A stretch of 64,000 nt of DNA from Octopus sinensis (GCF_006345805.1 NC_043017.1:8246001-8310000), one strand, 5' to 3'; positions 40,301 through 50,194 are shown, counted from the first letter of the stretch. Notes: generated by a model from the sequence alone, not told the origin. Made by a program: numbers and translations.

Positions 40301-43300
40301 TAATTCCTTCGTTTTTGTTTGTTTCAGAATTCCAAATTTATACCTGCTTCGAAGGGAGCGACTGTGTCTCGGTTATTGAAGGTGATGCGTCAGACTCCAC
40401 AACTATCAGACAGTGCAGAGTCAAAATTAGGAGATGAGTCTTCAGATGGGAGCATAGCTGAGCCACATTCACCTGCTAAGACTCAAGGTGAGCCCTTAAA
40501 ATTTCTAGCTAGCCCTCACTGATATGGACAGAAGAATACAAATCCTGCAAATAAATATTTATAAAGTATAAAATTACGAAATAAATTGTTTGGATTTGTG
40601 TTTGTTTTGTCTCTACTGAAATTTAAGTCATCTTCAAAACCAAAAATGATGATAATGATGAATCTAGTCTCATATATAACACTGTATAATGTGATTTTTG
40701 CCCTTGGGTAGCAACTGTTATTTCCTATTTGCTTACCCCTAGAAAGTATGAAAAATGGCTAATATTTACCTCAAACTTTGCCTTTGTTACACTTATTCAA
40801 ACCCCAAAGAATCCCTCTGAACACTTGGCTATGATGCCCCTTCCCCTCTATTCCTGTTCATGATCAGAGATGCACATACTGTCAGCCACTGCTCAGTTGG
40901 TTACGGTCAAGCAACTGACAAGTAAATTTGTGGTATTGCGCAGAATATTTGCTATAACAATATTTCCGCTTCAGTAACTCAGAGCTGAATCTGTCAGAAA
41001 TGTAATGGAAAATAGGTCAGTTTTAAAACATTGACGCCCAGGTCAGAAAAGCAAAGTTTGAAGGCAGTAGTAGTCATTTCCTTTCATTTCTTGATAGAAG
41101 CAAATAGGAAACAGCAATTAAAAGCCAAAAACAAAAATAAATAAAATTTTGTTACACAGTGTAATTGAGCAGATATGTCTGTGTATTAAATAAGTATGTG
41201 TCCCTGTTAAATTATTGAGCAGTAGGTGTATATCATCATCTTTTAATGTCCACCTTCCATGCTGTAATGGTTGGATGGTAGATGTATCTGAATTAAGTTA
41301 CTCAGCAACAGATGTAGGTGTGTCACTGATTAAATACAAATTTAGGTGTGTGTATATTAAATAGCTAGATGTCTTTATTTGTAGGTATTGAATAATTGAT
41401 GTTTGTGGGGTCTACCTGTAGGTATTGAATAATTGATGTTGGTGGGTCTACCTGTATGTATTAAATAATTCAACAACTGATGTAGGTGCGTGTGTAGTTG
41501 CCTGTATTATATAACTAAGTAACAGATGTAGAGATGTACCTCTGGGCATTAAAAGATTCAACAACAGGTGGAGGAGTTTATTAATTGTAAGTTACTTTCC
41601 TGCTTCTCCTTGGTATGATGAAATATTTGCCATGATAGCAGTTGAATTACTGTAATAATCTTTGCTTTGTGATTCTGATGTTATTTTATTCCTCAATAGT
41701 TGTGGCACGTCGACAGACACATCGGAAACGTCAGGCATCAGTTTCACTGGCTTTTGATTCAAACACCAAGAAGAGAATATTTCGCTTGGCAGACGGATCC
41801 CCATCATCTCCACCTTTGACCACTTTCAAGTCTACAGCTGGGTCACCTTCGGTATCATCGTCTTCACCATCTCCTGCTACTCTTCTTCCAGTTGTTTCCA
41901 GCGCTCCTGAGCTCAGCGGTCTCTTACAGTGTCCTCCTTCTAGTGCAAGCTACCTCACTAACTCCAAGCTACAGTCTTTAACTAGTGGCGGTGAGTTAGA
42001 TACAAAACCAAAGACAGCTTTAGTAGTCACCAAACCTGAAGCTCAAAACTTAAGCATCGTCTCTACAGCTTCTCCCATGACCTCATCAATTTTATCTGAG
42101 CAGAAGCATAGCAGTTCTTTGAACAAACCAGTTTCTGCACAGTTGTTTACTAAACTTCCTCAAGCAAGCTCTTCGCACATCAGCCTACCCACTGGTTTGG
42201 GTTCCATCTACACAGTTTCGCACACTGGTCCACGTGGTACCACTGTCCATATCACCACAGCTGCTTCTTCTCCACAAATTCAGCAACTTCTCACCTCCAT
42301 AGCTAAGTCAAGCTGCAGTCCAATATCAATCACTGTCTGCTCTGCAAAGGGAAGCAGTAGCAGCAGCAGCAGCAGCGCTAGTCAGACTTCAACCTGTCCC
42401 ACTTTAAGTCTTGGTCAGCCAATAACCACAGCCAGTGGTAAACCTAAAGCTGCCAATTCTAACTCGGGACTCACATCTGTTCAACAAATCAGCAACAACA
42501 ACAGCAACACATCTGGCATTAAAATAAACCCACCAGACCAAGAGAAGGTACAGGCCATACAGAAGCTACAGTTCCATGACTTTCCTTTAACCACTGCAGT
42601 TTTGACTAAAAGCACAGGCACTCCAACAATCACCCAGGCAAAAATCCTGTGCAATTCCCAACTAGACTTAGGCAAGCTACAAGCTTTGTCTGAATCTGCC
42701 AGCGGCAAACAAACAACGCTTCATATTTCATTGAACAGAGGCAATTTAACGACTGCCGGTGGGAGCATTTCTTCTCACAATCTTTCTGGTATCACAACTA
42801 TAGCCAAGTCCACCAACTCCACTTCCCTTACTTCTACAACAGCAGTTTCTTCTATTCTGCCCATGTCTTCATCAATGCTCTCTTCAGGTGCATCATCAAC
42901 TGGCAACATTAAGACATCGTTGATGTCCGATGCAGTTGGTGAATATTTAGTAACCAAATCCGAACCGCTCGGGCGAGTTTCTTCTCTCTTAGAATCTGTT
43001 AAAACCAGAACTGTTGAAGTTGCTGGCACTTCAGTCCAAACTGGTCAGCCATCATTTATGAGTTCCAGCAGTATCAAATCCTCTGTGGCCATAGGTCAGC
43101 CAGTGAAACAAGTCACCTCCCCAAACACCACAGTGGTAACATCAGTAGGAACCCTAGCCACCATTGCTTCAGACTCTTCTTCTCTAACCGATCCTCTTAC
43201 TTCACGAACTGGCATTGGTTTACCAAGAGCAAACATTGTATCTTACAAAGCCACACCCAAAACAGTCTTGTCATCTACAGTAGCTGCCACAAGAACTCGC

Positions 43301-43333
43301 AGAATCAAAACACCAAAACAATATGATCTTTGA
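10151..43333 (+). CDS. KANSL3: KAT8 regulatory NSL complex subunit 3 (KANSL3/NSL3/Rcd1), 14 coding exons, 1137 aa
   Basis: Phase-consistent GT-AG exon chain. The translation contains [86 protein letters not shown] and [15 protein letters not shown], all matching vertebrate KANSL3 as I recall it. Confidence 0.95.
12418..12636. mobile_element. TTAA-flanked (piggyBac-like) MITE; related copies at ~2515, 3345-3562, 13480-13699 and 23260-23740
   Basis: TTAA-CCCTTTAGCATT...AATGCTAAAGAG-TTAA. Confidence 0.7.
12911..13165 (+). CDS. KANSL3: KANSL3 coding exon 2 (SRNRLTT...[16 protein letters not shown]...DQNS)
   Basis: Pyrimidine tract ttcag| acceptor, GT|gtaggt donor; carries the DHCY HCF-1-binding-type motif. 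Confidence 0.93.
14342..14500 (+). CDS. KANSL3: KANSL3 coding exon 3 ([10 protein letters not shown]...MNECERHV...EEHIS)
   Basis: tgcag| acceptor, AA|gtaagc donor, phase 2 to phase 2. Confidence 0.95.
15647..15737 (+). CDS. KANSL3: KANSL3 coding exon 4 ([30 protein letters not shown])
   Basis: ttacag| acceptor, |gtgagt donor. Confidence 0.96.
17257..17425. mobile_element. hAT-type MITE, diverged
   Basis: CAG...CTG ends; 7/8 TSD gtcaaggc / gtcaagga. Confidence 0.7.
17719..17802 (+). CDS. KANSL3: KANSL3 coding exon 5 ([28 protein letters not shown])
   Basis: ttctag| acceptor, |gtgagt donor, 84 nt, phase 0. Confidence 0.96.
18500..19262 (-). mobile_element. 5'-truncated RTE-clade LINE (ORF2 C-terminus + 3' UTR + (ATG)n tail)
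   Basis: Track ORF 18971..19246 has [12 protein letters not shown]...GRGRPRKTW; GGTTGGCGTTAGGAAGGGCATCC 3' UTR motif. Confidence 0.9.
19343..19444 (+). CDS. KANSL3: KANSL3 coding exon 6 ([34 protein letters not shown])
   Basis: tacag| acceptor, AAG|gtacat donor, 102 nt. Confidence 0.96.
19863..20003 (+). CDS. KANSL3: KANSL3 coding exon 7 (IPTLVDRM...LLKRPWDP...SQQKP)
   Basis: ttttag| acceptor, |gtgagt donor, 141 nt. Confidence 0.96.
21698..21916 (+). CDS. KANSL3: KANSL3 coding exon 8 ([10 protein letters not shown]...LGKVIPV...[12 protein letters not shown])
   Basis: gacag| acceptor, GAG|gtaagc donor, 219 nt. Confidence 0.96.
21945..22298 (+). mobile_element. RTE LINE 3' UTR copy with three internal repeat units
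   Basis: Reverse complement of 18520-18800 at about 94% identity; (GAT)n tail. Confidence 0.9.
22537..22742. mobile_element. Tc1/mariner-type MITE
   Basis: gtgacccaaaagttgggttaca / tgtaaacctacttttgggccac inverted termini within (TA)n. Confidence 0.75.
23158..23229 (+). CDS. KANSL3: KANSL3 coding exon 9 ([24 protein letters not shown])
   Basis: ttgcag| acceptor, |gtaagt donor; alpha/beta-hydrolase elbow GWNIG. Confidence 0.96.
24327..24401 (+). CDS. KANSL3: KANSL3 coding exon 10 ([25 protein letters not shown])
   Basis: ccctag| acceptor; weak donor |gttcgt inferred from homology and phase. Confidence 0.9.
25752..25973 (+). CDS. KANSL3: KANSL3 coding exon 11 ([10 protein letters not shown]...[15 protein letters not shown]...VDRYIL)
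   Basis: tttcag| acceptor, TTG|gtaagt donor, 222 nt. Confidence 0.95.
26708..26890 (+). CDS. KANSL3: KANSL3 coding exon 12 ([11 protein letters not shown]...KKKKRRKV...SVRSE)
   Basis: tttcag| acceptor, GAG|gtgagt donor; basic NLS-like cluster. Confidence 0.93.
27376..27760 (+). mobile_element. OK-like SINE with internal deletion (intron 12); antisense copy at ~33540-33920
   Basis: Same head and tail as the 50026 copy. Confidence 0.85.
28350..28617. mobile_element. hAT-type MITE with internal GACTCT repeats
   Basis: TAGGGCTGTAGAGTC / GGCTCTACAGCTTCTG termini; 8-bp TSD gttaaaac on both sides. Confidence 0.85.
29160..29730. repeat. Degenerate ~26-nt tandem repeat (ctatgtgatatttcattggtgtgaa)
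   Basis: Unit starts at 29289, 29316, 29342, 29368 and 29394. Confidence 0.8.
32245..32995. mobile_element. TTAA-flanked (piggyBac-like) non-autonomous element
   Basis: TTAA-CCCTTTTGCTACC...GGTAACAAAAGGG-TTAA. Confidence 0.7.
36128..36258. mobile_element. Fold-back MITE in KANSL3 intron 12
   Basis: aaaactataaattagggtatctgagagataccaccata / tatggtggtatctctcaggtaccctaatttatagtttt, with an inner hairpin ctgaccctaaagccac / gtggttttagggtcag. Confidence 0.8.
37600..37940. repeat. GT-rich diverged tandem duplication
   Basis: gttttgtgttggtggggatgttatgtgtgtgt...ttttaattgtccttgtggtgtgtgt occurs twice, plus a third diverged unit. Confidence 0.75.
37985..39050 (-). mobile_element. RTE LINE ORF2 N-terminal (APE endonuclease) fragment, disrupted
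   Basis: [56 protein letters not shown] and WWNNVV motifs, broken by stops/frameshifts. Confidence 0.9.
40328..40487 (+). CDS. KANSL3: KANSL3 coding exon 13 (NSKFIPASK...HSPAKTQ + G)
   Basis: tttcag| acceptor, AG|gtgagc donor; phase 0 in and phase 1 out links exon 12 to exon 14; no homology support recalled. Confidence 0.8.
41381..41470. repeat. ~36-37-nt tandem repeat, about 2.5 copies
   Basis: gtaggtattgaataattgatgt units at 41381, 41418 and 41454. Confidence 0.8.
41700..43333 (+). CDS. KANSL3: KANSL3 terminal coding exon 14, Ser/Thr-rich disordered tail ending [13 protein letters not shown]
   Basis: cctcaatag| acceptor, phase 1 compatible with exon 13; 1.6-kb open frame (track ORF 41642..43333). 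Confidence 0.85.
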
Positions 43334-44569
43334 ACTTCTGTTTTATTTCCGATTTTTATCATGTGCCTTGAAGACCGGAAGTGGGGGGTGGAATGAAGTC
43401 CTTTTGATCTCAGTTCTTCAGTTAATCCCAAACTAGAGTGATGGGAGATTTTTTTTCTAACAATGTATCTGTATATGTATTGATGCATGTGTGTTATTGT
43501 ATAGTTAAGAAGTTCATTTTAGAACCATCTAGTTTCAGGTTCAATCCTACTGCATAGAAAGTGTCTTCTTGGATAAATGTCTTTGACTATAAGGCCCTGC
43601 TGGACTAACCAAATCCTTGTGAATGGATTTGGTTGGTTGAATCTGCAGAAACTCATCTACCAAATTCACTAAACAAGGCACTGACCAGTTCTCAGTTAGA
43701 GAAGATATTTGTCCAGATGCCATACCATGGGGCTGAACCCAAAGTCACATAGTTGCAAGAACTTCTTAATGGCAAAGCCATACATACACACAAGCACACA
43801 TACAAACACACACGCATACATACAATCTATATATGTGTGTATTAATGTGTGTGTGCATGCTTGTTTGTGTCTTCTTGCTTGATAACCTGTATAGCTTTGT
43901 TTATGTCCTCATAGCGGTTCAGCAAAAGGATATCAACGTAATAAGCACCAGACTTTACAAAAAAAAAAAAAGCAAAATAAAAACAAGAAAAACAACAAAT
44001 GCTGAGATCAATTTGCTTGACTAAAAAGCAAAAAACAAAAACACCCTTTCCACAGAGTGCCATGCTCCAGCATGGCCACAGTCCAATGAACAAAACAAGT
44101 AAAAGAACAAAAAGAAACCAATGTCTGTATTTTTTCCAGCAATATGTGAACGAATGAATTTCATACCCTCTACTCCAACACACACACACACACACACTCT
44201 CTCTCTCTCGCTTCAGCCATGTGCTTTAATGTACAACATTAATCGTTATCCTCTTATGTGGCCATGCTGGTGCACCGCCAGCATGATTTAGCCTCTGTCT
44301 TTTTATAAGTAGTCTCCTGTGAGCTGTGGTGGCTTGGCTTGTCATTTAAGGGCATAATACACTTGACCGGTCTGGTCTCCTGATCAATGCAAACTTCCCT
44401 CAGTCCGTGTAGCCGAACACTCTCGTAACCAAACCAATTCTACAATAAAATATAGAAATGGAAACCATTCTATTTCATACTCTTTTGAGTTTGTTTTTGT
44501 TTGTTTGTTTTTTTTTGCTTTTCTTTTCTATTTTTTTTTTTAGGTATCACATTTATTGTCCTTGCAATT

Positions 44570-44762
44570 TTTATCATCACCATCATCATTGTCATCGCAA
44601 CTATCATCATCATCACAATTAGCATCATCATCACAATCAAAATCATCATCACAACCATCATTATCATCATCATCATCACCTCCATATTCACCACCACCAC
44701 CATCCCCACCACCACCATCATCACCATCACCATCATCGTCACCATCATCATCACCATCATCT
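44570..44762. repeat. (CAT/CAC)n trinucleotide array
   Basis: Simple repeat. Confidence 0.9.
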
Positions 44763-44872
44763 TTATGCATGGGAGTTTGTATAAAAATTGTTGTTGGTTA
44801 GCTCTAGGTAGGTAACCTGACATTCCAGCTGTGGCTATCCTTTCTTTTATTCAGCCATACTATGTCTTAGAC

Positions 44873-45091
44873 CAGTGGTTTTCAACCAGGGTTCCGCGGA
44901 ACCTTAAGGTTCCGCCAGTACAGTCCAGGGGTTCCACAAGAAGTTACAAAATTGCTAAAATCGGCAGTAATTTTTAATTCTCCTGTGCAGATATGTGTGC
45001 ATAAGACTATTAAATTATTGCACAGGGGTTCCTCGAGCCAGTGGAATGTTTCCTTGGGGTTCCACTGCAGCAAAAAGTTTGAAAAGCACCG
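44873..45091. mobile_element. hAT-type MITE
   Basis: CAGTGGTTTTCAA...TTTGAAAAGCACCG termini; perfect 8-bp TSD tcttagac (44865-44872 and 45092-45099). Confidence 0.9.
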
Positions 45092-45499
45092 TCTTAGACT
45101 ATACTATTAAATGTGTCCATACCTCACTCCCCTGCTCCTTTTTTTAAAGATAGTAGAGTGAGATTTGATGCTATTTTTTACTGGCAAGTGGTGATGTTGC
45201 TGTTGTTGTCATCCAGGTGAGAGGTTAGGTCTAAGAACCAAGTAAACCATGTCGGGATTTGAACCTAGAATGCAAAGAGCTGGAGCAAGACATCCAGCTT
45301 GATGTTCCGACGGTTCTGGCATCCACTGCTGCCCTGGTTTGGTACATTACCAAACATCCAACATTACCATCACCACCACCACCACAATAATTTGTTACTG
45401 TTTAGCCCTAGGTCAAATTTCATCCAACAGATCTGTGACCAAAAGTGTTGCAGTCATGAAACCATGATCATTCAGTCTTCTTTTCAAACACTGTTTAGA

Positions 45500-46170
45500 T
45501 TGACAGATTATAGAACAGATAAGTTATTGATCTGATAGATTATAGAACAGATAGGTTATTGATCTGATAGATTACTGAACAGATAGGTTATTGAACTGGT
45601 AGATTACAAAACACAGGTTATTGAACTGATAATTTATAGAATTGATAGATTATAGAATGGATAAATTATTGTACTGTACTGATTGATTAGTGAATGAATA
45701 AATTATTGTACTGATGAACTGATTGGTTATTGAACCAATAAAACATTATACTAATAGGTTATAGAACTAATAAATTATCATACTGGTAGATTATAGCACT
45801 AACTGATTATTGTGCTATACATTATTAAACTGATAGATTATTGAACTAATATGGTATTGATAAATTAATGGATAAGTTATTGAACTAATATTATGTTTCA
45901 CTGATAGATTATTGAACTGACAGGTTATAGAACTGATAAATTATCAAACTGGTAAATCATAGAACTGATTGGTTATTGTGGTATACATTATTAAATTGAT
46001 AGGTTATAGAACTGATATTGTATTGATAAATTAATGAATTGGTTATTGATCTAATAGACTGCTATACTGATAGATTATTGAACTGACAGGTTATAGAAGT
46101 AGTAGATCATAACACTGATTGATTATTAAGCTATTCATTATTAAATTGATAAATAACAGAAGTTATTTAT
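45500..46170. repeat. Degenerate minisatellite (ctgatagattatagaa / ctgataggttattgaa type units)
   Basis: Repeated ~16-20-nt units. Confidence 0.8.
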
Positions 46171-46364
46171 CATATATATGTTAAGTAAAATGAGACAACG
46201 AAGCCAAGGCTGTGTGGGATTTTCAGGACATTTATAATAGAAAGTTAGTCTTATATTTATAAAGAGGAAGTTAGACTTTCTCTTTATAAATGTCCTGAAA
46301 ATCCCACACAGCCTTGGCTTCGTTGCCTCATTTTATTTAACATATATATGTGTATGTGCGTATA

Positions 46365-46410
<46 letters not shown>

Positions 46411-46935
46411 CGCACATACACATATATATGTTAAATAAAATGAGGCAACGAAGCCAAGGCTGTGTGGGATTTTCAGGACATTTATAAAGAGAAAGTCTAA
46501 CTTCCTCTTTATAAATATAAGACTAACTTTCTATTTATAAATGTCCTGAAAATCCCACACAGCCTTGGCTTCGTTGTCTCATTTTACTTAACATATATAT
46601 GATAAATAACTTCTGTTATTTATCAATTTAATAATGAATAGCTTAATAATCAATCAGTGTTATGATCTACTACTTCTATAACCTGTCAGTTCAATAATCT
46701 ATCAGTATAGCAGTCTATTAGATCAATAACCAATTCATTAATTTATCAATACAATATCAGTTCTATAACCTATCAATTTAATAATGTATACCACAATAAC
46801 CAATCAGTTCTATGATTTACCAGTTTGATAATTTATCAGTTCTATAACCTGTCAGTTCAATAATCTATCAGTGAAACATAATATTAGTTCAATAACTTAT
46901 CCATTAATTTATCAATACCATATTAGTTCAATAAT
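45837..46935. repeat. ~1.1-kb near-perfect palindrome centred on (TA)n (46361-46410)
   Basis: Arms of about 525 bp are reverse complements wherever I checked, apart from a 1-nt indel (46542-46550 region). Confidence 0.95.
46171..46350. mobile_element. MITE-like hairpin element with ~65-bp terminal inverted repeats (mirror copy at ~46421-46601)
   Basis: 46171-46237 is the reverse complement of 46284-46350 with few mismatches; TA-rich flanks. Confidence 0.75.
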
Positions 46936-47320
46936 ACACACACACCCTTATACATACTAATACATACACCAACCCTATACATACACACATCCAGACCCCT
47001 CCCACGCACTTTTAGCTGGTTCCTCAACCCTTTTATCAACCCTATTATCTCCCCTTATTTCGCTCTCGCGTCTCATGTTTGATCTTTGACCTCTGGCCGA
47101 AATCAGATCGCCATGTTGATTCGTTAGCTACTGCACGCATTTTTTTTCTCTCCTTCTTTCTGTGTTTTTCTCTCTCTGTGTATCTTTCTGTTGAAGAGCG
47201 TAGGCTCGAAACGTTAAAGACTTGTTTTATTTATATTTCCTGAGCGCCATACTAATACAATTGTTCGTTTGTTTTCCACCTGCCTTCGTCTTTTGTTTAT
47301 TTTCATAAAGCTTCCCGTTA
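46936..47320 (+). mobile_element. Hammerhead-bearing Penelope-like non-autonomous element
   Basis: Hammerhead 47183-47220 followed by the shared 3' module ending ...TAAAGCTTCCCGTTA(TA)n. Confidence 0.6.
47183..47220 (+). ncRNA. Minimal type I hammerhead ribozyme motif (A6U core variant)
   Basis: UCUUU-CUGUUGA-A-GAGC(GUAG)GCUC-GAAAC-GUU-AAAGA. Confidence 0.6.
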
Positions 47321-47332
47321 TATATATATATA

Positions 47333-47544
47333 GTTAATCCAAACAAGAAAGCACAAAAAAACAACAACAACGCGAGGACGTGGAACAAATATAGTATTAT
47401 TGGACGCTCAGGAAGGAAGGGAAGAAGGAGGGTTTAACGTTTCGAGCGGAGCTCTTCGTCGGAAACATAGGAGAAGGAAAGATCCAGAGAAGGGAAGGCA
47501 GGAAAAAAAATCGCCAATGGTACACACGCGGTCACATTTTGAAC
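47333..47544 (-). mobile_element. Second (TA)n-flanked hammerhead-bearing element, tail-to-tail with the previous one
   Basis: Hammerhead 47466-47432 followed by a TTCCTGAGCG...AATAC motif related to the shared module; (TA)n at both ends. Confidence 0.55.
47432..47466 (-). ncRNA. Minimal type I hammerhead ribozyme motif (U4C core variant)
   Basis: GUUU-CCGACGA-A-GAGC(UCC)GCUC-GAAAC-GUU-AAAC. Confidence 0.6.
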
Positions 47545-47577
<33 letters not shown>

Positions 47578-47640
47578 TGTGTGTGTTCAGTTAAAAGAAG
47601 AAAGAAAAAGAATATCGTTTATATATATATATATATATAT

Positions 47641-47844
47641 AGGTGGTGCTGAAAAATTCCTGGTTTTGGGTAAGAGAAAATACAGGAGGATCAGTTAATT
47701 AGGATTTTATTCAACATATTTCCCCTCTCAGATTCACACACTTATTGCAGCAGTCCTTCAGTTTTTCTAAGCCCTGTAAAAGAAAAAGCCTCCAACTAAG
47801 ACTTTTCTGGTCCCCTTAAAGCCAGGAACTTTGCAGCACCCCTT
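47641..47844. mobile_element. mariner-derived MITE
   Basis: ggtgctgaaaaattcctgg / ccaggaactttgcagcacc inverted termini; TA flanks. Confidence 0.75.
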
Positions 47845-48184
47845 CATATACATATCTCATTGATATACACTGGTAAAAGATATATGTGCACACTCATGTT
47901 TATATTTACAAACAAAACAGAGCAACACTCAGTACATGGTCCAGAACTTTCATTTATTGTGAATCTGTTTGTGATTCATCCCATTGTTACTCGAAGCTTA
48001 GCTTACGTGAAATTGTAAGATTCTGGGTAACAGTTCAGTGAATCACCAAATGGCTCCCAATACACAAAGTTTTGTGACGCAAACAGGAAAATGAACTCAA
48101 AACATGAGTATGTGTATATTCTTTTATTAATAATTGGCAAAGTTCCAGATTGACTCAGGAACTCCCAGTTTCTGAGTGCATTTT

Positions 48185-48945
48185 ATATAAATATACAGAT
48201 ATAAATTGTGAATAATATATATATATAAATATACAGATATAAATTGTGAATAATATATATATATAATATAAAGATATAAATTGTGAATAATATATATATA
48301 AATATAAGATATAAATGTGAATAATATATATATATAAAGATATAAATTGTGAATAATATATATATATATATATAAAGATATAAATTGTGAATAATATATA
48401 TATATATATATAAAGATATAAATTGTGAATAATATATATATATAAATATAAAGATATAAATTGTGAATAATATATATATTATATATATAAAGATATAATT
48501 GTGAATATATATATATATATATATATAAGATATAAATTGTGAATAATATATATATAAATATAAAGATATAAATTGTGAATAATATATATATAAATAAAGA
48601 TATAAATTGTGAATAATATATATATATATATATAAAGATATAAATTGTGAATAATATATATATATATATATAAAGATATAAATTGTGAATAATATATATA
48701 TATATATATAAAGATATAAATTGTGAATAATATATATATATATATAAAGATATAAATTGTGAATAATATATATATATAAATATAAAGATATAAATTGTGA
48801 ATAATATATATATAAATATAAAGATATAATTGTGAATAATATATATATATATATATTAAAGATATAATTGTGAATAATATATATATATATATATAAAGAT
48901 ATAAATTGTGAATAATATATATATATATAATAAAGATAAATTGTG

Positions 48946-48955
<10 letters not shown>
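48185..48955. repeat. Minisatellite: AAAGATATAAATTGTGAATAA + variable (TA)n
   Basis: More than 20 tandem units; accounts for the spurious 317-aa and 181-aa ORFs. Confidence 0.95.
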
Positions 48956-48991
<36 letters not shown>

Positions 48992-50025
48992 ATATATATA
49001 TATACATATGGGCAAAAAAGTCACATTCGATCACAGCACCAATAACAGTTAAGCTTCGAACAATGACCATACTCGATAACAAGAGGGCAGCCATCATATA
49101 TATATATATATACATAAAAGTAAATAAATGGTACAACGAAGCACCGATATCTACTGAAAAATAGCGAACGTAATAAATACGACGCTATTGTATAGCTTCA
49201 CTGCGTATATACTAGCAAAGACGTGTGTGCAACAAATATGAAAAAAATTTGTCTTACCTCTAGGAAGAACATCTGAAAAATGAAAAACCTAGATAACGGA
49301 TATATATATATATATATAGGCATGGCTGTATGGTAAGAAGCTTGCTTCCTAACCACATAGTTCTGGGTTCACTTCCCCAGCATGTCACTTGGGCAAGTAT
49401 CTTCTGCTATAACCTTGAGCCAACCAAAACCTTGTGAGTGGATTCGGTAGATGGAAACTGAAAGAAGCCTGCTGTATATATATATATATATATATGATGG
49501 ACTTTCCCCTTAAAGATTATGTATGAGCGTTAAGCATTTGCTGAACAACCTTCACAAATGATTTGTTTATAGTGATCAAATGTTCGTGCCACACATTAGT
49601 TCACTCTCTCCATCAAATTGACGTTGCCTAAATAAGTGCATGGTGTACCATGTGTCAGGCATTGAAGCAGTAGCAGAGAAAACTGAGATGAAGTGTTTTG
49701 CTCAAGAACACAATCCACCACCTGGTCTAGGAATTGAAATTGTGGTCGCTACATTGTTAGTGCAACACACTAACCATTAAGCCATATATATGCATGTGTG
49801 TGTGTGTGTGTGTGTTGTCTGTATTGGTTCCTGCCCTCCCCCACTGCTTGACAACTGGTGTTGGTGTGTTTATGTCCCTGTAACTTAGCAGTTTGGCTAA
49901 AGAGACCAATAGAATAAGTACCAAGTTTTAAAAAATCAAGTACTGGAGTCGATTCATTTGACTAAAATTCTTCAAGGCCATGCTCCAGCATGGCCACAGT
50001 CAAAATGACAAACAAGTAAAAGAAT

Positions 50026-50194
50026 CAGGAGTGGCTGTGTGGTAAGTAGCTTGCTAACCAACCGCATGGTTCCGGGTTCAGTCCCACTGCGTGGCACCTT
50101 GGGCAAAAGCGTCTTCTACTATAGCCTTGGGCTGACCAATGCCTTGTGAGTGGATTTGGTAGACGGAAACTGAAAGAAGCCTCTTGTGTATATG

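Noticed and set aside
44470-44823. Poly-M/V, poly-I/T and poly-D ORFs (also 50813-51444 and 59936-60133)
   Set aside because: Trinucleotide microsatellites
48183-49136. 317-aa and 181-aa I/Y-rich ORFs
   Set aside because: Translations of a minisatellite strand that lacks stop codons
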